Assembly (NCBI GenBank): GCA_963735595.1
Contig: CAVTLK010000001.1
Span: 227,008 to 291,007 of the forward strand
Direction: 5' to 3'
DNA length: 64,000 bases
Origin: an uncultured delta proteobacterium
GTDB lineage: Bacteria > Desulfobacterota > Zymogenia > Zymogenales > Zymogenaceae
In this document: piece after piece, positions 1 through 10,569 of the stretch
Numbering within the stretch: position 1 is the first letter of the stretch
Layout: the number at the start of each line of letters is the position of its first letter
Program-made: the position numbers and the translations under genes
Notes under the pieces: model-generated
What the model was told of the DNA's origin: nothing
The model's input: only the letters and a program-made list of their open reading frames with translations
The model's database searches: none

Positions 1-1
1 T

Positions 2-196
2 TCTCTGTATATCGCATGCGGAATATCGGGCGCAATCCAGCACCTTGCCGGTATGGGCTCGTCTAAGTTCATCGTGGCCGTAAATAAGGACGCCGACGCT
101 CCCATATTTGCGCGGGCCGACTACGGCATTGTCGATGATCTCTTTAAGGTGGTCCCCGAGATCACCAAAGAGGTCAAGAAACTTTTGGCCGAATAA
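2..196 (+). CDS. etfA: Electron transfer flavoprotein alpha subunit (EtfA), C-terminal fragment; its start lies upstream of the window
   Basis: Frame-2 translation reads ...[62 protein letters not shown]. This matches the conserved ETF-alpha C-terminal FAD-binding motif ([29 protein letters not shown]). Stop is TAA at 194-196. Confidence 0.8.
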   Translation, partial: SLYIACGISGAIQHLAGMGSSKFIVAVNKDADAPIFARADYGIVDDLFKVVPEITKEVKKLLAE

Positions 197-199
197 CCG

Positions 200-229
200 A
201 AAGGGGGGGATTTTCCCCCCCCTTTTTTA
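200..229 (+). terminator. Rho-independent terminator after etfA (G7 / C8 stem followed by a T-run)
   Basis: aaGGGGGGGattttCCCCCCCCTTTTTTT, read directly from the sequence. Confidence 0.6.
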
Positions 230-314
230 TGTGAGTAGGATATGGACTATCAGATTTCACGCGAAGTGTTTTTTAACCTCGGCGGTCCCCACGGCGTGGT
301 GCGGCTGATCGTCT

Positions 315-2477
315 ATGCGATCGCGCTTCTCGTTATGGCGACGTTTATCTACTTGCTTGTCGAAGAAGATAAAGGTCTGGCGCCTGGGTCAAGCGGAAAT
401 GCGGACGGATAAGATAGTGACCCGGCTCTGGGGGATCGTACAGTTTGTCTTCCTCCAGGTAAAGATCCTCGGGGAGAAACTGCCCGGTATTACCCATTTC
501 TTCCTCTTCTGGGGTTTTGGGGTTCTCTTCGTCGGAACCGCCCTGATCGTTATACAGGAAGACTTTACGCTCCTCTTGTTTGACACCAGGTTCTGGTACG
601 GTACGTTCTATAAGTTTTATTCGTTGGCCCTGGACCTGTTTGGGCTTTTCGCCCTCATCGCAATTATCGTGTTTGCGGTGATTCGATATGTAGTCAGGCC
701 CAAGCGTCTGGATAACCAGGCGACCGACGCGATTTCCCTTGCCTTGATCTTCCTCATACTCGCTACCGGGTTCGTCAACGAGGGTCTCCGTATGGCGGCC
801 ACCGAAGTATCCACGAACCCAAAGGTTGCGGCTATGAGCGAGGTGCTGGCGGCGTCCGGTGACGAATTTCTCCGGGAAGCACCGGAGCTGACCGACGATC
901 AGCTCATTGAGAAGGCCAACAAGAACTCCGCCTTCAAGGATACCCCGGTCACCGAGGATAACGTCTATCTGGTTCGTAACGGCTACTACTATAACCCCGA
1001 GCTGGCGACGTGGTCTCCGGTTGGGTTGACGCTGGCAAACGTCTTCAACTCGACGATGAGTGAGGCCGGTATCCTGACCTTCCACAAGGTTAACTGGTGG
1101 GTGCATCTTCTTCTGGCGATGAGCTTCATCGTCTATCTCATGCTCGGCAAGCTCATGCACATCATCACGTCCAGCGTCAATGTCTTCTTCAGGAAGCTCG
1201 AGCCGAAGGGCGCGTTGAAGCCGATCGAAGACATGGAAAACGCGGAATGCTACGGGGTCGCGTACCCGGAGCAGTACACCTGGAAGCTCCTCATGGACGG
1301 GGATGCGTGCACTCGCTGCGGCCGCTGCCAGGACAACTGCCCCGCGTGGCTTTCCGACAAGCCGTTGTCGCCCAAGAAGATCGTCAACGACACCAACGAC
1401 AACCTTTACGAACGGGCGCCCCAGCTCTTCAAGAAAGTTCCGAGCGAAGAGGTCAAGTCCAAAGCCCTTATCGGTGAGGCGAATGAGCTGGACGCCGTTT
1501 GGTCGTGCACGACATGCCTAGCGTGCGTCGAAAACTGCCCCGTGGCGATAGACCAGGTGCAGAAGATCAACGAGATGCGGCGGTGCAAGGTCCTCATGGA
1601 AGGGGATATGACAAAGGAGCTGACGGCAGCCCTGCAGAACATGGAAAAGAATTCTAACCCCTACGGGTTTGGTTTCCATGAGCGGGGCAACTGGGCGGCC
1701 GATCTCCCGATAAAGACGCTGGCCGAGGACCCTGACGTCGAATACCTCTACTACGTGGGATGCGCCGGGTCATTTGACGACCGGTATAAGAAAGTGGCGA
1801 CGGCCTTCGTCAAGATCATGGAGCAGGCAGGGGTTAAGGTCGGCATGCTCGGCCAGGAAGAGGGATGCTGCGGTGACAGCGCCCGCAGGGCCGGAAACGA
1901 GTATCTCTTCGCGACGCTGGCGCAGGTTAACATCGAGACGTTCAAGAACTATAACGTCAAGAAGATCGTGACGACGTGTCCGCACGGGTATAATTGCCTG
2001 AAGAACGAATACCCGCAATTCGAGGGCGGAACGTTCGAAGTCTATCACTTCACGGAAGTGGTCCTCGATCTGATCAAACAGGGGCGCATCAAGCTCAATA
2101 AGCCCGTGGATGGGATCAGAGAGGTTGCGTATCACGATTCCTGCTTCCTGGGCCGATACAACGGGCTCTATGATCAGCCGAGACAGATCATCAAGTCGAT
2201 CCCTGAGATGAAGGTCGTGGAGTTTACGCGAAACAAGTCAAAGAGCTATTGCTGTGGGGCGGGAGGGGCCCGGATGTGGATGGAGGAAACCCTCGGCAAG
2301 CGCATAAACCATGTCAGGACTCAGGATGCGATAGACAAGGACTACAAAACGCTCAGCACTGCCTGCCCGTTCTGCCTGACGATGCTCTCGGACGGCATCA
2401 AGGAACTGGGTAAGGGAGAGTCGATGGAGACGTATGACGTCCTTGAACTGGTTATGAAATCCATGGATATAAAGTAA
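315..2477 (+). CDS. Membrane-anchored Fe-S oxidoreductase (HdrD/GlpC/DsrK-like, with a NarI-like polytopic N-terminus); the likely ETF-associated quinone-reducing partner
   Basis: 720 aa. The N-terminal ~300 aa are hydrophobic, with multiple predicted TM helices. There are two 4Fe-4S ferredoxin motifs (CTRCGRCQDNCP, CTTCLACVENCP) and two CCG cysteine-rich domains (EGCCGD; YCCGAGG...CPFC). It sits immediately downstream of etfA, as in the EtfAB-associated DUF224/HdrD-like oxidoreductases of syntrophs. The start is uncertain; M at ~399 is an alternative. Confidence 0.7.
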   Translation: MRSRFSLWRRLSTCLSKKIKVWRLGQAEMRTDKIVTRLWGIVQFVFLQVKILGEKLPGITHFFLFWGFGVLFVGTALIVIQEDFTLLLFDTRFWYGTFYKFYSLALDLFGLFALIAIIVFAVIRYVVRPKRLDNQATDAISLALIFLILATGFVNEGLRMAATEVSTNPKVAAMSEVLAASGDEFLREAPELTDDQLIEKANKNSAFKDTPVTEDNVYLVRNGYYYNPELATWSPVGLTLANVFNSTMSEAGILTFHKVNWWVHLLLAMSFIVYLMLGKLMHIITSSVNVFFRKLEPKGALKPIEDMENAECYGVAYPEQYTWKLLMDGDACTRCGRCQDNCPAWLSDKPLSPKKIVNDTNDNLYERAPQLFKKVPSEEVKSKALIGEANELDAVWSCTTCLACVENCPVAIDQVQKINEMRRCKVLMEGDMTKELTAALQNMEKNSNPYGFGFHERGNWAADLPIKTLAEDPDVEYLYYVGCAGSFDDRYKKVATAFVKIMEQAGVKVGMLGQEEGCCGDSARRAGNEYLFATLAQVNIETFKNYNVKKIVTTCPHGYNCLKNEYPQFEGGTFEVYHFTEVVLDLIKQGRIKLNKPVDGIREVAYHDSCFLGRYNGLYDQPRQIIKSIPEMKVVEFTRNKSKSYCCGAGGARMWMEETLGKRINHVRTQDAIDKDYKTLSTACPFCLTMLSDGIKELGKGESMETYDVLELVMKSMDIK

Positions 2478-2495
2478 CGGGATAGTCCCGTATGT

Positions 2496-2528
2496 TCAAT
2501 TGCGGCCTTCGGGAAACCGGGGGCCGTT
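2496..2528 (+). terminator. Putative intrinsic terminator after the Fe-S oxidoreductase (GC hairpin followed by T8)
   Basis: gcggccttcgggaaaccgggggccgTTTTTTTT. Confidence 0.45.
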
Positions 2529-2726
2529 TTTTTTACGCCGAGAGTACCCTCGCCGCTAACGTCGATAGGCCGTTTTATCCGAGGGGTATCTGTAAAACGC
2601 GAACGATTAGGCTCATCGGGCGCTCGGGAGAAAAAATCTGATGGACACGCCTTATTGTTGGCGATATAATGAAATATTACATATCAATAACCTCTTTTAT
2701 CCATAGACGAGCCTTCGGGGGTATGT

Positions 2727-4106
2727 ATGAAGAAAGAATATATCATGGCAATCGACCAGGGGACGACGGGAAGCCGGGTCTATATTTTCGATGATAAGGG
2801 CGACGTGGTGGGAAGCGCCTACAAGGAGTTTACCCAGATATATCCGAAACCGGGATGGGTGGAACATAACCCCCTGGAAATATATAAGAGTGTCCAGGAA
2901 ACGATGCTGGACTCGTGCGTCCGTGCCGAGATAGAGCTGGGTTCGGTCTTTGCTATCGGGATAACCAACCAGCGCGAAACGACGGTCCTCTGGGATAAAA
3001 AAACCGGTGAGCCGATCCACAACGCCATCGTCTGGCAATGCAGGCGTACGGCCGATATCTGCGACGACCTCAAGAAGAGGGGACATGAAGATCTCTTTAA
3101 GAAAAAGACCGGCCTGGTACTGGATGCCTACTTTTCGGGCACCAAGGTTAAGTGGATTCTCGATTACGTAAAGGGTGCAAGGGATCGGGCGCGCAAGGGT
3201 GAGATTCTGTTTGGAACCATCGACACATGGCTCATGTATAAACTTTCCGGCGGAATAATCCATGCCACCGATTTCACCAACGCCTCACGGACGCTCCTTT
3301 TCAACATCGAACAAAAGAAGTGGGATAGAGAGATTCTTGACATACTGGACATACCGGAGGAGATGCTGCCGGAGGTAAGGGATTCCGCCGGTCACTTCGG
3401 CAACACGGCATCACAACTCCCGATGGGCCGCGAGGTGCCGATCACCGGGGTGGCCGGAGACCAGCAGGCGGCACTCTTCGGGCAGGGATGCACGGCGCCG
3501 GGAACAGCAAAAAATACGTATGGTACGGGTTGCTTTCTCCTTTCGATCACGGACGGCTTGGTTCATTCCCATAACGGGCTCTTGACTACCATTGCCTGCT
3601 CGGAAACGGGGAAACCGGTATATGCCCTGGAGGGATCGGTCTTTATCGCCGGGGCAGTGGTGCAATGGCTCCGGGATGAGCTGGGCATGATTAAGAACTC
3701 TGCGGAGACGGAGGAACTGGCCCGCAAGGTGGAAGATACCAACGGCGTCTATATCGTTCCCGCCTTCGTGGGCCTTGGAGCCCCTTATTGGGATATGCAC
3801 GCCCGCGGCGGCATATTAGGGATTACCCGCGGGGCAAACAGGGCTCATATCGTAAGGGCGGCGTTGGAGTCGATTGCCTACCAGGCCAGGGATCTGGTTG
3901 AGGTAGTCAATGCAGAAAGCGGTAAGAAACTCTCGACACTTATGGTTGACGGTGGCGCCGCGAAGAATGACTTCCTCATGCAGTTTCAGGCCGATATGCT
4001 GGGCATTCCCGTCGATCGTCCGAAGATGACCGAGACGACGGCGGCGGGGGCGGCATTTCTTGCGGGTCTCGGGTCAAACTTCTGGGGATCGGCCCAGCGA
4101 GCTTAA
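2727..4106 (+). CDS. glpK: Glycerol kinase (FGGY family). The conserved last ~35 aa are encoded in another frame, so the full gene would run to the stop at 4213-4215.
   Basis: Reads [16 protein letters not shown]...GWVEHNP...[11 protein letters not shown]..., canonical GlpK over 459 aa. After the stop at 4104-4106, the +1 frame reads ...[39 protein letters not shown], which matches the GlpK C-terminus (compare E. coli ...DELQEKAVIEREFRP...YAGWKKAVKRA). The shift falls near the GGGG run at ~4088. Confidence 0.85.
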   Translation: MKKEYIMAIDQGTTGSRVYIFDDKGDVVGSAYKEFTQIYPKPGWVEHNPLEIYKSVQETMLDSCVRAEIELGSVFAIGITNQRETTVLWDKKTGEPIHNAIVWQCRRTADICDDLKKRGHEDLFKKKTGLVLDAYFSGTKVKWILDYVKGARDRARKGEILFGTIDTWLMYKLSGGIIHATDFTNASRTLLFNIEQKKWDREILDILDIPEEMLPEVRDSAGHFGNTASQLPMGREVPITGVAGDQQAALFGQGCTAPGTAKNTYGTGCFLLSITDGLVHSHNGLLTTIACSETGKPVYALEGSVFIAGAVVQWLRDELGMIKNSAETEELARKVEDTNGVYIVPAFVGLGAPYWDMHARGGILGITRGANRAHIVRAALESIAYQARDLVEVVNAESGKKLSTLMVDGGAAKNDFLMQFQADMLGIPVDRPKMTETTAAGAAFLAGLGSNFWGSAQRA

Positions 4107-4318
4107 AAAATGCCGTAAGGTTGAAACGATCTTCAAACCCCGTATGGATAAAGGCAAACGGGACCTGCTCTATTCGGGATGGAAAGAAGCGGTTAAGAGG
4201 GTAAGCACCCGATAGGATGTGATTACCTGTTGGAAATTAACCGGGCACCTGGGCGCTGAAGGGCTGCCGCGCGCGTCACCCTTTTAGGCGCCGGCAGGAC
4301 GGGAGCAAGAGGAGACTA

Positions 4319-5527
4319 ATGGATTTTCATACCGAAGCGCTCGTCGTGGGAGGAGGCGCAACCGGCGCCGGCATCGCCCGTGACCTCGTCATGCGAGGCA
4401 TCGAGACGATCCTCATCGAGAAGGGGGACCTTGCGGCCGGCGCGACGGGCCGTTGCCATGGCCTCCTCCATTCGGGGGGGCGGTACGCGGTCAAGGATCA
4501 GGAATCGGCCCTCGAGTGTATCGCCGAGAATATGATCGTCAAGCAAATTGCCTCAAAGGCCGTCGAGGACACCGGCGGCCTTTTCGTGGGGATGTCCGAA
4601 GACGACGAGTCTTATGTGGATCGCTTTGTCTCGGCCTGTTATCGAGTCGGGATTGAGACCGTCAATCTCACCCCGTCACAGGCCAAGCGGATGGAGCCTA
4701 ATCTTTCGGATGATGCTACCGTCATTATTCGAGTTCCCGATGCGGCAGTGGACCCGTTCATGCTCACCGTGATGAACGTGGGTGATGCCGAGAAGCGGGG
4801 CGCCAGGATACTTCGCCATACCGAGCTTACCTGTATCATCGTCGAGCGTGGACGCGTTACGGCGGCGCTCGTGCGTGACAATCTGAGCGGGCAGACTCAT
4901 CGGATACGAACCCGGTACATCGTAAACGCGACCGGGGCATGGGCGGCACGGGTCGCGCGGCTTGCGGGGGCGAAAATAAACATGACGCTGTCAAAAGGCA
5001 GCCTTCTGGTCTTTAACCGAAGAATAAATAACTGCGTCATCAATCGCCTGCGTCCGCCGGGGGATGGGGATATAATCGTCCCCAATGAACCTACTTCCAT
5101 TATCGGCACGACATCGATTACGGTAAAAGACCCGGAGGACTTCCGTGTGACGGACGATGAAGTCGAGCTGATGATGCGTCAGGCGGGCCTCATGCTCCCG
5201 GAATCGGCCGAGGCCCGGGTGATCAGGGCTTACGCGGGAATACGCCCCCTGGCGGCGCCGGAGACGGGTTCCGGCCGCGACGTTTCGCGGACCTTTACGA
5301 TCATCGACCACAAGAAAACGAGCGACACGTCGGGTTTTCTCTCGATCATCGGAGGGAAGCTCACGACGTACCGGCTCATGGCGGAAAAAATCACCGACAT
5401 TATCGCAGGCGATCTCGGCGTGTCTATCCCGTGTAAAACCGCGTCGACGCCGATCCTGGGGACCGAGCGGCATGAGCACTACAGCCTCGAAGACAGGTTC
5501 AAGTCAATTGAGATCGTTCAAGGATGA
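4319..5527 (+). CDS. glpA: Anaerobic glycerol-3-phosphate dehydrogenase subunit A (FAD-dependent catalytic part)
   Basis: Reads MDFHTEALVVGGGATGAGIARDLVMRGIETILIEKGDLAAGATGRCHGLLHSGGRYA... (dinucleotide-binding fold). An SD (GGAG) precedes the ATG. The ORF stops at 5527 in an ATGA overlap with the next ORF. Confidence 0.85.
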   Translation: MDFHTEALVVGGGATGAGIARDLVMRGIETILIEKGDLAAGATGRCHGLLHSGGRYAVKDQESALECIAENMIVKQIASKAVEDTGGLFVGMSEDDESYVDRFVSACYRVGIETVNLTPSQAKRMEPNLSDDATVIIRVPDAAVDPFMLTVMNVGDAEKRGARILRHTELTCIIVERGRVTAALVRDNLSGQTHRIRTRYIVNATGAWAARVARLAGAKINMTLSKGSLLVFNRRINNCVINRLRPPGDGDIIVPNEPTSIIGTTSITVKDPEDFRVTDDEVELMMRQAGLMLPESAEARVIRAYAGIRPLAAPETGSGRDVSRTFTIIDHKKTSDTSGFLSIIGGKLTTYRLMAEKITDIIAGDLGVSIPCKTASTPILGTERHEHYSLEDRFKSIEIVQG

Positions 5528-5907
5528 CAAACCCTCCGGGAGTCGAAGAGATCGTCTGCGAGTGTGAGCTGGTCAGCAAGCGTGAGATCGTCTCGGTTGT
5601 CAAGGATACCGGCACGAAAGATCTCAATGATATCCGCGTGCGGACGCGGGTGGGGATGGGATCGTGTCAGGGTGGATTCTGCACCTATCGCCTGCTTGGG
5701 ATACTGCACGAATTACAGATGGTTCCCGATTACGAGGCAAATGAGATACTGATCGATTTTCTCGAAGGACGGTGGAAAGGGATCAAGCCGATCCTCTGGG
5801 GAGACCAGCTCCGGGAAGAACAGCTCATTGAAGGCATATATATGGGGATTTTCGCCCTCGATAAGGCGGCGATGCGTTCGGTGGCCAAGAAGGGGAGGTT
5901 GAAATGA
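5524..5907 (+). CDS. glpA: BFD-like [2Fe-2S]-binding domain, normally the C-terminus of GlpA. Here it is a separate ORF overlapping glpA by ATGA (a genuine split gene or a frameshift).
   Basis: Reads EEIVCECELVSKREIVSVV...GMGSCQGGFCTYRLLGIL, the BFD-like 2Fe-2S motif (C-x-C ... C-x2-C). It lies in a different frame from the 4319 ORF. Confidence 0.7.
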   Translation: MTNPPGVEEIVCECELVSKREIVSVVKDTGTKDLNDIRVRTRVGMGSCQGGFCTYRLLGILHELQMVPDYEANEILIDFLEGRWKGIKPILWGDQLREEQLIEGIYMGIFALDKAAMRSVAKKGRLK

Positions 5908-7157
5908 ACTACGATGTCGTAGTTATCGGGGCGGGTCTGTCCGGACTCATGGCGGCGGAGGCGGCGGCACAGCAGAAAAAGAGGGTGCTCGTCGTCTCTC
6001 GGGGTATGGGCATCATCACGATTTTCACCGGGACCATCGACGTTTTCGGGTATTGGCCGATCGACGAGGCGCGGCCCCTGGCTTCCCCGCTCGCGGGAAT
6101 CCAGCGGCTGATTCGTAAAGACGCGGAGCACCCGTATACTAAAATGGGTATTGATTCTATACGAAAAGGGATCGCGGCCTTTATCCAGACCGCCGGGAAA
6201 GGCGGCGTCCAGTACGTCGGCGATCTTTCCGAGAACATCCTTATCCCCACGGCGGTGGGAACGGTAAAGCCCACGTGCCTGGTTTCGTCCAGTATGGCCG
6301 GCGGCGACATGAAGAATGAACGCAACGTGTTGATTTGCGGCTTTTCGGGCCTCAGGGATTTCTATCCGGACTACATGGCCCATAACATATCGACGTTCGA
6401 GATGGAAGGGCTGACGCTCCCGCGGTTTCGCGCGCGGACCTGACGGTCGACATGGGCGACCGGACGTCGGGTCTCAACTGCCTGACGCTGGCCGGAAGGC
6501 TCGAGGATCAACGGCTGCTCAGGGCAATGACCGAGGAGGTCTATAGTCACGTCGAACAGGGAGAACGGGTAGCCTTTCCGGCGGTTCTCGGTATCAGGAA
6601 CAGCCGGGATATCCATAAAAGGTGGAACAGGCATGCGGCGTCCCCATATTCGAGACGCCGACGCTGCCGCCGTCGGTTCCGGGATACCGGCTGTATAAGT
6701 CACTCGAGGATACCCTCAGGGCAATGGGAGTCCACATGCTCGTCGGGTACGACGTCTACAACCCGAAGACATTCGGAAGGAGAATCGGCGAGATCAGTAT
6801 CGCGATGGGTAAGAGCGAGAAACGGGTTTCGGGACGCGCCTTTATCCTGGCAACGGGAGGGCTTGGTCGGCAAGGGAATCACCGGATCGTATGACAGCGC
6901 TCAAGGAGTCCGATTTTCGAACTTGCCGGTGGCGGCCCCGAAAAAGAGAACGGACTGGTTCAGAAAGAGACTATTTGATCCGGCGGGCCATCCGATCAAA
7001 CAGGGCGGGGATCGTCGTCGACGACCATCTGCGCCCGGTCGACAAAAAAGGAGAGCCGGTCTATGATAACCTGCTGGTGTGCGGAACCCAGCTCTTTGGC
7101 TTTGACGCCCTGAGGGAGAAATCGGGAGGGCGGAGTGGCCGTTTCATCGGGATATAA
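5904..7157 (+). pseudogene. glpB: Anaerobic glycerol-3-phosphate dehydrogenase subunit B, split over three frames (5904-6443, 6622-6894, 6891-7157)
   Basis: N-terminus MNYDVVVIGAGLSGLMAAEAAAQQKKRVLVVS (FAD fold) with SD GGGAGG. The middle piece PIFETPTLPPSVPGYRL...ATGGLGRQG and the C-terminal piece ...LLVCGTQLFGFDALREKSGG continue the GlpB family in frames 1 and 0. At least two frameshifts. Confidence 0.7.
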
Positions 7158-7186
7158 GGCGGGCGTCGAGGCGTCGAGGATGTAAC

Positions 7187-8407
7187 ATGGCTGTTATAAG
7201 ACGAGATATACACTATCCGGCCGATCAGTGCATAAATGTACGATTTGCGTTGAGCACTGCCCGGTGGTTAAGGTTACCGATAAATTCCTGGGCCCAAAAC
7301 AGGTCGGCCCCGATTTCCAGCGTTTCCGCAGTGAACAGGACGATACCCGCACGACGTATCGGTGGACTATTGCACCGGCTGCCGTATCTGCGACGTGGTC
7401 TGCCCGTCCGGGGTCAATATCTCGGAGCTCAACATACGGTCAAAGATAGCCGTCAGGGAAAAGGAAGGGATTCCGATTCGGGATACGCTGCTGTCTCACG
7501 CCTATATGTTCGGCCAGATCGCCAGCTTTACGGCGCCGGCGGCCAACGCCTTCCTGAAATTCCGTCCCTTCCGCTGGCTTTCGGACAAGATGCTGCACCT
7601 CGAAAAGAGCCTTCGCTATCCGTTCTATCAGCGCGAATCGTTCGAGAAAGTGGATCAGGGGCTATACGTTTAAGTCAGAGCGGAAGGTGGCCTATTTCTA
7701 CGGTTGTTTTACCAACTATAACGATCCGTCTGTCGGAAAGGCGGTCGTCAGGGTACTGGAAAAGAACGGTATTCAGACCGTTTTCCCGCGCAGGAATGCT
7801 GCGGGCTTCCGCTGCTGGGCAACGGAAACGTGCGGGAGGCGCGCAAACTGGCCCGCAGAAACCTGGCCGGACTCATGTCCGCGCTTGACGAGGGCCTCGA
7901 TATCATATACAGCTCCACGTCCTGCGGTATGATGATCCGGGACGACTATATCACGTATCTTGACCTGTACGAGGCCGAGCCGCTGTTTGACCGAATGAAA
8001 GAGGTCTCGGAGTACCTCTGGGAGCTTCACGAAAAGGGGGGGCTTAATACCGATTTCGAGGAGGTCCCGATGACAATGTCCTATCACATTCCGTGTCATT
8101 TGAGGTCTTTGGGCATCGGATTTCCGGCAATCGACCTGATGAACCTGATTCCGGGTCTTACCGTCAGGGAACTGGGAAGCTACTGCTGCGGGATGGCGGG
8201 GACCTACGGATTCAAGAGCGACAAGTACGAGATCACGAGGGCGATCGGGCAGGACCTCGCAAGGCGCTGGCCGAGACCGATGGCGAGTACGCCGCGTCGG
8301 ACTGCGAGGCCTGCCGGATGCAGATAGAAAATATGTCGGCCAAGAAGGCCATCCACCCCATCAAGACGCTCCTCTGGGCTTACGGGATTGAGCCTGTGGG
8401 GGTATAG
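7187..8407 (+). pseudogene. glpC: Anaerobic glycerol-3-phosphate dehydrogenase subunit C (Fe-S/CCG subunit), fragmented over at least five frame switches
   Basis: Pieces are: MAVIRRDIHYPADQCI (frame of 7187), then KCTICVEHCPVVKV (7228 frame), CTGCRICDVVCPSGV (7362), AYFYGCFTNYNDPSVGKAV (7687), SYHIPCHLRSLG...SYCCGMAGTYGF (7830), and CEACRMQIENMSAKKAIHPIKTLL (8093). Joined, they reproduce GlpC architecture (2x 4Fe-4S + 2x CCG). One shift sits in the A-run at ~7232-7236. Confidence 0.7.
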
Positions 8408-8439
8408 GCCGATGGGCTTGCCGAAAACGGGCCGAGGAC

Positions 8440-9236
8440 ATGGGGAACGCGCGCCCCATAGTGCATACGATCAGGCTCGGACTCCTCTTTCCCCTCTTTC
8501 CCGTGAATATCTATCTAATCGACGGGGACAACCCGACCCTCATAGACACCGGGCTCGATACCGACGTGGCGTGGCAGGGATTGGTTAGCGGGCTCTCGGC
8601 CGTCGGGCGAAGTCCGGGGGATATCAAACGGGTCGTCCTCACCCACGGCCACATCGACCACGTCGGGCTGTGCCCGAGGCTGCTCATGGAAGGGTCCCCC
8701 GAGATCATGATCCATGCGCGGGACGCCGGGCGCATTCGTTCGGACGTGGAGCACCTGGTCGGTCTCGTCGAGAAAAACGCCGCCAGGTTCAAGAAGATGG
8801 GTATCCCTGCCAGGGACATAGATCGGCTCTTCAGGAGCTATGTATCCGTGCTCAGACGATTTCACGTGGGACCGTTCCCGATAACGGAGCTTACCGACGG
8901 AGACCGTGATAGAGTGCGGGGACGCTGAACTCGCGGTGATTCATACACCGGGGCATACCGTCGGGGAGCGCCTGCTTTTTCCTGGATGCTATCCATACCC
9001 TCTTTTCGGGTGATCACGTCATGGAGGGTACATCGACCAACCCGCTGGCGGAGATGATCCCGGAAGAGGGGGTTGGCCTCATTCCGTATCTCGAATCGTT
9101 GAAAAAGGTCGATGACATCGGGGCGGAAACGATCCTGCCGGGCCACGGCGCCGTGATCAAACGTCCGGAGAAGTACATCTCGCAGATAGCGCTCCATCAC
9201 GATACGACGGCCCGGCGGATCAGGCAAATCGCTTGA
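8440..9236 (+). CDS. MBL-fold metallo-hydrolase with two apparent frameshifts (near 8900 and 8975)
   Basis: Reads LTHGHIDHVG (HxHxDH motif). After 8928 the frame moves to IECGDAELAVIHTPGHTVGERLLF, then to LDAIHTLFSGDHVMEGTSTNP...LPGHGAVI (ORF 9021-9236). Confidence 0.6.
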
Positions 9237-9479
9237 CACCGGGAGCATGACGCCGGCAGGGCTTGCCGGGACGGCTCTTTCCCGAACTCAAAGGAATTGC
9301 CGGAGGGAGCGCCGTGTTCGAGGTCTTTTGTCATCTCATGGAGCTTGTTGGGCGAGATGAGGCCGTTATGGAGGAACGGGAAGGCCTCTTCTCTTTCAGA
9401 CGGGATCGGTAAGCATAGATTATACCGGAAGTATGTGCCGCGCGGGGGATATGGGATCGCAATCGGCGACAAGAAACCG

Positions 9480-10568
9480 TCACGACCCCGCGGCGTCCAA
9501 ACGCATCCGCACCCCCATCCCCGGCCCCTCGGGGACGGGAATAACCCTTCGTTCAAAATCGACGGTAAAACCGTCGGCTATGTCGTGCTTCAAAAAGGCC
9601 GGGCCGATCGCCTCGCAGGCTATGATCCCCGGCTTTGCTGCGACAAGCTGCATCCCAGCGGCGCTGCCCAGCGACGATTCGAGCATCGACCCAACGATGG
9701 TGGGAATCCCGGCCGCCTCGGCAATCGCGTAGATCTTCGTGGCCCGCAGGAGCCCCCCGGATTTCATCAGCTTGATGTTGATAATATCGGCGGCCTTATT
9801 CGAAACGACCGCCAGCGCGTCCTCGGGGGAGAGGCACCCCTCGTCCACCATGATCGGGAAAGGGGAATGCCTTTTTACCTCGGCCAGGGCCGGCATGTCG
9901 CCCGCGGTCGTGGGTTGCTCGACCCACCGGACGGGATAGGCCCGGAGGCGCTCGAGGGCCGCCATGGCCGTCGGCGCGTCTTTCCATCCCTGGTTCACGT
10001 CCAGGAGGAGCCTCGCGCCGGGGGCCGCCGCCGAGATCAGGCGCACGCGGTCACAGTCCTGGTCGGGATTGCGTGCCTATCTTTACCTTGATGTCCCGAA
10101 AGCCGCCCCGGAAAAAACCTTCGGCATATCCGGCCATGACCTCGGGATCGTCCAGCGGGATCACCGGGTAAAACGCGATGGCCGACCTGCTCATCCCACC
10201 GAGAAGGCGATACGCGGGTACGCCGAGCGATTTTGCCCATCAGGTCAAAGAGCGCCATATCGAGCGCCGCCCACGCCGTCGGTGAGGCGGGGGCGGCCTT
10301 CTCGGCGAGTGCCATTATCGCCTCGATGTCAAAGGGGTCTCTGCCCGAGGAGGTCCGCCGGATATGGCGGAAAGGGCCGTCTTTACGTCCTGACGCGTTT
10401 CCCCGGTCACGTCGAAATCGACGGCACCCTCGCCGTATCCGATCGTCCCGTCATCCGTCGTCAGGGTCAGCAGGACGTAGTCAAGTGTTTCGAACGTCCC
10501 GTAGGAAACAACGAGCGGGACTACCGGGACGAGGTCAAGATCATCGACGTGTACCGACGCGATTTTCA
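9480..10568 (-). CDS. Enolase-superfamily enzyme (mandelate racemase/muconate lactonizing enzyme family; L-Ala-D/L-Glu epimerase or OSBS-like), frameshifted into three pieces
   Basis: N-terminus MKIASVHVDDLDLVPVVPLVVSYGTFETL (start 10568). Middle piece AWAALDMALFDLMGK. C-terminal barrel piece LLLDVNQGW...KLMKSGG...EQP (metal-binding DxN.W, K.K catalytic dyad). Confidence 0.6.
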
Positions 10569-10569
10569 T

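Noticed and set aside
345-2135. Several minus-strand ORFs (345-1160, 1770-2135 and others) and small plus-strand ORFs inside the Fe-S oxidoreductase gene
   Set aside because: They are antisense or alternative-frame ORFs inside a well-supported 720-aa CDS. They are Arg/Pro-rich, as expected of GC-rich non-coding frames, and show no motifs.
7187-7888. 233-aa ORF spanning the glpC region
   Set aside because: Only its first ~16 codons match GlpC. The rest is an out-of-frame read-through produced by the frameshifts. The real GlpC signal is distributed over other frames.
9297-10091. 264-aa plus-strand ORF
   Set aside because: It is antisense to the enolase-superfamily epimerase, whose conserved motifs are on the minus strand. 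The composition is low-complexity Arg/Gly/Pro.
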